DNA from: a virus | Reading direction: 5' to 3' (one strand) | Length of the DNA: 64,000 bases | IMG/VR virus record: IMGVR_UViG_3300050821_001858 | Location: 1-64,000 of that record | Shown: positions 58,931 through 64,000 of the stretch, one piece after another | Position numbering within the stretch: the first letter of the stretch is position 1 | How the letters are laid out: every line of letters begins with the position of its first letter | Program-made: the position numbers and the translations under genes | Notes under the pieces: model-generated | The model's database searches: none | The model's input: only the letters and a program-made list of their open reading frames with translations | What the model was told of the DNA's origin: nothing

Positions 58931-59958
58931 TCGTCTTTGGACGGATTAGGGCAAGCCCCCCTGAATGTGTGGGTATTAATATCAGAAAGTGTGTTATCAC
59001 AAGGTAGTGTACACTACCTACCTACCGGGAGATAGGTACGCAAGCCTATCTCCCATTTAAAATTATCAGATGTATTACAGATTGGGGGCATAGCCTCGTC
59101 AGGATAAGCCAGGGTGACTTGGTAAAAGCGGTAAGTCTTCCTACAGACCCGCACTATTAGCAATAATAGCCCATCTATGCAGGTCCGGTCTTCCCCGTGA
59201 GGGGCAATCGATGGCATCGGTTGTAAAGCAGGACGGTTAGGTAAGGTCGAAAGATAGGTTCGAGGGTAACACTGTAGAGCCAAGTCCCGAAAGGACACCT
59301 TACGTTCAAACTAACTTACTGTGTATAGATAACGGATAGTGGGATACAGAGCATGAGACTTGCAATCTAATGCGACCCGCAAAATGGAGGATAATGGCTG
59401 ACGTTAACACAGTCGGACAGCATCCAAGAATTTGGTTTAGTAGCTCGCAAGGCGAAGGACAGTTGCCGTGTTGTATTTGGTACCTCAAAAGGGTATTGAG
59501 CAACAGTCGCAGCACGTCAAGTAGGTTTCCGATAATTGAAACTAGGTGTTTCAATCTCACTGTGAATGAGATGTCGGTTGGTTCAAATCCAACTTATCAT
59601 GCAGAAAAAGCAAAGTCTGCGACTGTGTTGAATGAAAGTGGTTTAATCCTATGAGTCCTTTGGACTAACATAGGGGATTTGTTACTCGCAAGGTGACAGT
59701 CTTTGATAGCGTGATTTGTCATAGAGGGTTAGCCCCCTCGAATAGCTCGCAAGGCTAGTGGTGAAAAGCATGTCGAATAGTTCAACATGAAAGAGGTACC
59801 GCCCCCTCTATAATCAAGGCAACCATGTGACGATACTGGATAGTTGTCCAGTGGAAATCGGGGAACCTTTCTTAAATGTGCGCTCCGTCGCCGCATCCCT
59901 CGCAGGATGGAGGATAATCCCGTAAGTTGTCATGTAGAACCCGTATTCTCAGGGTTTT
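58930..59958 (+). ncRNA. GOLLD-like giant structured ncRNA
   Basis: About 1 kb without a credible ORF, many GCAA/GAAA hairpins, segments I recall as GOLLD-like (GTTGTATT..CTCAAAAGG..GCAAC; GCTCGCAAGG; terminal CCCGTATTCTCAGGG), within a tRNA cluster; boundaries approximate. Confidence 0.75.
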
Positions 59959-59959
59959 A

Positions 59960-60088
59960 TCTTTTTATCGCGTGGGTGTCCAATGTTCCGATGTGCAGGA
60001 CACATCTGGCTTGACCATTGCGCGGAGTAATCCCAGGTCAAGGAATAACTGATTACCAGTCGGAACAACCTTCCACGCGATAAGAGGA
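59960..60088 (+). ncRNA. Unknown multi-stem RNA
   Basis: TATCGCGTGG/CCACGCGATA, TGTTCCGA/TCGGAACA, CTTGACC/GGTCAAG nested stems. Confidence 0.6.
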
Positions 60089-60262
60089 TAATGAAATGTA
60101 TTTTCAAACAACATCAAAAGCTATTAAGCAATGGTTACTTGATAGTAGAATATCTCTTATCTATGAAAGATATGATAACCCATTTAATGATTTTTTTCTC
60201 CGGTTATATCAAACACAGATTAATAATAATGTACATTTTGTAATTCGACAACATTTATTTAC

Positions 60263-60337
60263 GCGCGATTAACTCATTGGTAGAGTGCAACTTTGACATA
60301 GTTGAAGTAAAAGGTCCGATTCCTTTATCGCGCACCA
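60263..60337 (+). tRNA. tRNA-Val(GAC)
   Basis: Cloverleaf, CCA. Confidence 0.88.
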
Positions 60338-60341
60338 TTAT

Positions 60342-60420
60342 GGTCGGGTAGCTTAAAATATAAAGTAGCTGAAGCCTTGAAACTTCGGCAATGTAGGTGA
60401 AATCCCTACCCTGATCGCCA
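60342..60420 (+). ncRNA. tRNA-like RNA with 7-bp anticodon stem, 8-nt loop, TGAAATC T-loop
   Basis: Cloverleaf with GCCA end but non-canonical D/T loops. Confidence 0.7.
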
Positions 60421-60495
60421 ATTAAATCCTAGAGTAAGTCCCCTTTGTTTTTCGACAAGGTGAGATATAACCATTGTAGCATCTAGGATTATTAT

Positions 60496-60594
60496 GCCTC
60501 GGTAGCTTAGAAAATAGAGCGCATCCCGTTTAATATTCATATGGTGGATATTGGGAGGGGTGAGACGTAGGTGAAATACCTACCAGAGGCACCA
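60496..60594 (+). ncRNA. tRNA-like RNA with greatly extended anticodon arm
   Basis: GCCTC/GAGGC-ACCA acceptor, T-loop TGAAATA, about 40-nt anticodon arm. Confidence 0.7.
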
Positions 60595-60609
60595 ACGATA
60601 GAGGATATT

Positions 60610-60795
60610 ATGGCACGCAAATCTTTTTTGGATTGTAAACATGAGAATGTTCAAGAGTTTACGGAATGTTGTCTTGATTGTGGATATAATATTTGGACAA
60701 CAAAAAAAGAATATCTGAAAGACCTTCAGCGACAAGCTGGTGGGAAAAACGTTGAAGAAATTCGAAAGCTTGAAAAACAGCTTGGAATAGGTTAA
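60610..60795 (+). CDS. Small Cys-containing hypothetical protein
   Basis: GAGG RBS; C.H...CLDCG. Confidence 0.55.
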   Translation: MARKSFLDCKHENVQEFTECCLDCGYNIWTTKKEYLKDLQRQAGGKNVEEIRKLEKQLGIG

Positions 60796-60796
60796 T

Positions 60797-60869
60797 GCGA
60801 GGTTAGTTTAGTGGCAGAATAGGCGCTTGATAGGCGTTTGGCTCGGGTTCGATTCCCGTACTCGCACCA
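60797..60869 (+). tRNA. tRNA-Ile(GAT)
   Basis: Cloverleaf, slightly irregular acceptor, CCA. Confidence 0.8.
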
Positions 60870-60875
60870 TTTCAT

Positions 60876-60950
60876 GGACCAGTGGCTTGACGGGGAAGCA
60901 GTAGACTTTTAATCTTCGATATAGGGGTTCGAATCCCCTCTGGTCTTCCA
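60876..60950 (+). tRNA. tRNA-Lys(TTT)
   Basis: Cloverleaf, CCA. Confidence 0.85.
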
Positions 60951-61080
60951 ATAGAATGCATTAGTATATTCTACAGATATTAATGTGAAAAGTATACGGT
61001 TCCGGTTGCATGTTTTGTAGAGAGTATATTGTAAACGTAAAGGGGGACAGTCTTCAAAACGGGAACCCAATAAATATCGA

Positions 61081-61320
61081 ATGCTAAGCGGATATGGGTT
61101 GACAACGGCTCACATTTTGTATAGAATACCGGACTACCAGAACATCCTTCAAACGTTTGTCTGGCAAGAATTTGACTTTCATCCTGAGTATCCTCATTTG
61201 AGGAAGTTTCTTGTCTTCTGGCATAAGAAGATTGAAGGACCGATCTTTAAGGTCGAAGTTGCTCATGCTGGTTATGAAAACAAGATTGAACTTGCAAAGG
61301 ATATCTGGAAATTACAATGA
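61081..61320 (+). CDS. usg: Usg-family protein
   Basis: GYGLTTA.ILYR.PD....LQTFVWQ..D..P..P.L..FL.FW...IEGP...V.VAH. Confidence 0.85.
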   Translation: MLSGYGLTTAHILYRIPDYQNILQTFVWQEFDFHPEYPHLRKFLVFWHKKIEGPIFKVEVAHAGYENKIELAKDIWKLQ

Positions 61321-61536
61321 ATATGATTAAAGATATAATTGAAGAGTTGTATGGAAATATGTTCGATGCAACTAATACATCAACAATTTATGATTGGCGT
61401 AGTGCTTTTGAATATTATAAAGTAATAGGATATGATGAAATGAGATATCTGGATATACGACGATCAGAATTTTCCCAGATGCCCTTAGGGTATATGTGGA
61501 ATAATCACGATAAGATTTTTAGATCAGTGGAATAAT

Positions 61537-61613
61537 GGACCAATGGCTCGATTGGAATGGCACGCCGCTCTTAACGGTTGTTTATAAGGGTTCGATTCCC
61601 TTTTGGTCCTCCA
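61537..61613 (+). tRNA. tRNA-Lys(CTT)
   Basis: Cloverleaf, CCA. Confidence 0.85.
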
Positions 61614-61620
61614 TTTTAAT

Positions 61621-61695
61621 GCGTCTGGACGCTGCTAGTGTGGCGACTCCCCTGTCACGGGAGCGAGCGGGGAGCGTAACCCCGTAGACGCGCCA
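61621..61695 (+). tRNA. tRNA-Asp(GTC), atypical D and T loops
   Basis: Loop CT-GTC-AC, GCCA end, T-loop AGCGTAA. Confidence 0.8.
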
Positions 61696-62045
61696 ATTCC
61701 CCGTATCTCGCTAGTAGGTACAGCATTATATTGATTAGCTGGTACGTGGGATAAAACAGGTCACAAAGAGAGTTGAGAGCCTTTACATGTGACCCGTTGG
61801 ATAAAAATGCTGATAGTTTATCGCAATGAATTGTGGCTCATGGTTTTATAGGTGATCAATGATCCGTGATACGGAAGCTAGAGAAATTGAAAGATTGTAT
61901 GCTGTCTATGCAAAGACTGTAGGGTATTTTGGAGAAGCTTTGAAGACTATACCTGATCATCCTTTGACTTTTTTTCCTATTAAACCGTATCAACGTAGTA
62001 TTAGAAGATACATACAAGAGACAATAAGTTATTTTTTTAGTTAAA

Positions 62046-62122
62046 CAGGGCGTAGCTCAGTCTGGTAGAGTTCTCGTTTTGGAAACGAGCGGTCGCACGT
62101 TCGAGTCGTGCCGTCCTGACCA
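62046..62122 (+). tRNA. tRNA-Pro(TGG)
   Basis: Cloverleaf, C1:G72, CCA. Confidence 0.92.
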
Positions 62123-62142
62123 ATTATTCACCATAAAAATCT

Positions 62143-62216
62143 CAGGGAGTAGCTTAGTGGTAAAGTTCTCGCTTCGGAAGCGAGCGACAAAGGTTCGATT
62201 CCTTTTTCCCTGACCA
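62143..62216 (+). tRNA. tRNA-Pro(CGG)
   Basis: Cloverleaf, C1:G72, CCA. Confidence 0.9.
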
Positions 62217-62323
62217 TTTCATAAAAAGTTCCTCTAAATAAAAATCTTTTTTACTCGATTATTGCGATTGCTAAGAGTTTTCTCCCCTAAATACTACGTC
62301 GAACACAAAGACGCGGAGGGAAA

Positions 62324-62683
62324 ATGAATTTAGATCAATATCAGCGCCTCTTTGTGATGTTAGAACTAGTCTTACACGAACAAAGGGAGTTAAAGAAGAT
62401 GGTAGTAGATTTTACAGCACTTATAAGCCAAGTTGCTAACACTGTTGGTGCAGAACAGTCAGCAATTGTTGCAATTCAGGGTATCGCAGCAGAAATTCAG
62501 GCAGCAGTAGCTTCCGAAGATTCAGCAGCAGCAACCGAGATTGCATCTCTTGCATCTCAGCTTTCGGCTTCAGCTAATGCTCTAGCAGCAGCAGTTGCAA
62601 CCACGGTTCCGGCTAACACTGTAAGTAACACTGTTGTTGCGAACACTGTTCCGGTTACCAATACCGCTCCGGTATCTAACTAA
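62324..62683 (+). CDS. Ala-rich hypothetical late protein
   Basis: CTAAATA, GGAGG RBS, NTV repeats, terminator downstream. Confidence 0.6.
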   Translation: MNLDQYQRLFVMLELVLHEQRELKKMVVDFTALISQVANTVGAEQSAIVAIQGIAAEIQAAVASEDSAAATEIASLASQLSASANALAAAVATTVPANTVSNTVVANTVPVTNTAPVSN

Positions 62684-62751
62684 TACGCCTTTCCAGGGCG
62701 TCGTGTTAGGGGGGCAGCAATGTCCCCCTTTCTTTTATAAGGGAGATCAAG

Positions 62752-62943
62752 ATGCGAGATTTTCGTAGAGGAAGAGAATATGGGCGTGTTGAGATTGTGC
62801 AGGTTTCTGTTGCTAACACAGCCAATACTGCTAATACGACAAGTAACACTAGTACAACCACCAATCCTTTAGCTAACGTTGTAAATCAAGTAGCTAATGT
62901 GGGTAGTATCTTTTCAAGTTTAGGTAATCTATTCAAACGTTAA
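62752..62943 (+). CDS. Asn/Thr-rich small protein
   Basis: GGGAG RBS, ANT repeats. Confidence 0.5.
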   Translation: MRDFRRGREYGRVEIVQVSVANTANTANTTSNTSTTTNPLANVVNQVANVGSIFSSLGNLFKR

Positions 62944-62944
62944 T

Positions 62945-63035
62945 GCGCTTCGGTGTTGGACATGAGATGGACTTATAAACCATTTTGCAGCGGACGGCTG
63001 TATCTAACTAGGTTCGAATCCTAGGAGGCGCACCA
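62945..63035 (+). tRNA. tRNA-Ile(TAT)-like, long variable arm, minimal D arm
   Basis: GCGCTTC/GAGGCGC-ACCA, loop CT-TAT-AA, T arm CTAGG-TTCGAAT-CCTAG. Confidence 0.75.
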
Positions 63036-63077
63036 TTTTTCCTTGACTGGTAGGACTTAATCTGCTAGGATGGTATC

Positions 63078-63479
63078 ATGAAAGCTATGATGTCAATTGA
63101 CCAATATGCTGATCCATTGCCCTTGTTGACAATGTTCGTGCATGGTTGCCCCCACAAGAGGGTTTATCGTCCGTATCTTCAAAGGATGCGAGATGATTTC
63201 ACACATTCGGCTCAGAGGCAACTTAAGTTGCCGTTCATCAAGAACGAGTATAATTCAGGTTATATGATTGATTATCCTATCGATATTAACGTGGTCTATA
63301 CTAATCCCATGAGTGAGGATATGGATCACTTGATGGAAGCATTGTATATGATCATGGATGGTCCTTCAGGTTCTTTGAAGGGTCCTTCAGTTCTAAAGGA
63401 TGATCGATTGATCAAAGGTTTTTCTTGTCGGATATATTATCCCGAAGATAAAACCAAACGTGAAACGGAGAGATGGTAA
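63078..63479 (+). CDS. RusA-like fold protein (degenerate)
   Basis: DMDHL..AL...D...LKDD.LI pattern. Confidence 0.45.
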   Translation: MKAMMSIDQYADPLPLLTMFVHGCPHKRVYRPYLQRMRDDFTHSAQRQLKLPFIKNEYNSGYMIDYPIDINVVYTNPMSEDMDHLMEALYMIMDGPSGSLKGPSVLKDDRLIKGFSCRIYYPEDKTKRETERW

Positions 63480-63651
63480 TGGTAACATATGTTTATATTT
63501 TAGTATTCTGTGTTGCCACCAACTTTGCATCTTGTCAACCGATTAAAGTTTTTGCACATAGTTCGGGTTGTGTTGCAGAGATAAAATCTAATCCTATTTC
63601 AAGACACGGATACTATGATTGTTTTGAATTACAAGTACATGAGGATTAATT

Positions 63652-63843
63652 ATGGGTTCAACATCAGCAGCAAAAAAGCGTTCCGACGCTTATCAATTTG
63701 GAGAACAAGCACGACATTTTTTCAAGACGTTTAATGGTAACAGGTTAGCCCAAGATGGTAAGCCTGTTCCTCACCCTAATGATCTTGAACAACGTAAACG
63801 TTTTCCAGAACGTAAACCTAAGAAAGCAAAACAGGAAGGTTAA
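63652..63843 (+). CDS. Basic hypothetical protein
   Basis: GAGG RBS; end overlaps tRNA-Ser. Confidence 0.5.
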   Translation: MGSTSAAKKRSDAYQFGEQARHFFKTFNGNRLAQDGKPVPHPNDLEQRKRFPERKPKKAKQEG

Positions 63844-63920
63844 GTCGCCAGGGAGCGACCACGGCTTCGAACACCGTAGGTACCTAACGGTATAGGATTC
63901 GAGTTCCTCGCCTTCCACCA
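63834..63920 (+). tRNA. tRNA-Ser(CGA)
   Basis: GGAAGGT/GCCTTCC, long variable arm, CCA. Confidence 0.8.
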
Positions 63921-63963
63921 TTTTTTCCTTGACAATTCAAGGAAACTCTGATACATTCCATTA

Positions 63964-64000
63964 TGCTAGCGACCAAGGATTTGGGACCTCGGCTGTGAAC
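63964..64000 (+). tRNA. Probable tRNA-His(GTG), truncated by window end
   Basis: Loop CT-GTG-AA after a TTGACA promoter; 3' half missing. Confidence 0.5.

Noticed and set aside
59014-59654. ORF-track entries inside the GOLLD-like region
   Set aside because: No RBS, odd composition, overlap dense RNA structure.
61758-61795. SAM/SAH riboswitch (GGTCACAA...GTGACC)
   Set aside because: Only the closing stem resembles it; the conserved loop and pseudoknot partner are absent.
1-64000. Genome-wide TAG recoding suggested by the CUA tRNA
   Set aside because: All core genes are full length in code 11, and TAG ends a few ordinary ORFs (e.g. 44221).
1-64000. CRISPR array
   Set aside because: No regularly spaced repeats; the only long direct repeat I found is the tRNA-Leu(AAG) pair.

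Overview
A 64-kb segment of a large T4-like (myovirus-type) phage genome, almost all on the + strand. The host is probably an alphaproteobacterium (Usg protein, B12-dependent NrdJ, many apparently leaderless transcripts). Layout: head module (gp20 partial, gp21, gp22, gp23), a GIY-YIG endonuclease, gp3, uvsY, uvsW, gp55, gp47/46, a nucleotide-metabolism cluster, gp45/44/62, regA, spanins, gp43, uvsX, gp41, late/virion genes, gp61, thyX, nrdJ and three cell-wall hydrolases. From about 53.9 kb there is a 10-kb RNA-gene island with about 25 tRNAs (one cut by the window end), a GOLLD-like giant ncRNA containing a tRNA-His-like domain, circularly permuted (Y-RNA-like) tRNA mimics, tRNA-like RNAs with aberrant anticodon arms, and several pseudoknot candidates. 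The most striking unexplained module is right after regA: a lone amber (CUA) tRNA, then a strong-RBS Met-Ser-amber minigene, then a 211-aa ORF, which looks like a stop-codon/termination-sensing cassette. A second highlight is an unannotated 59-aa ORF copying the protease site and mature N-terminus of the major capsid protein (20/29 identical). All calls come from manual reading; no searches or folding programs were run.
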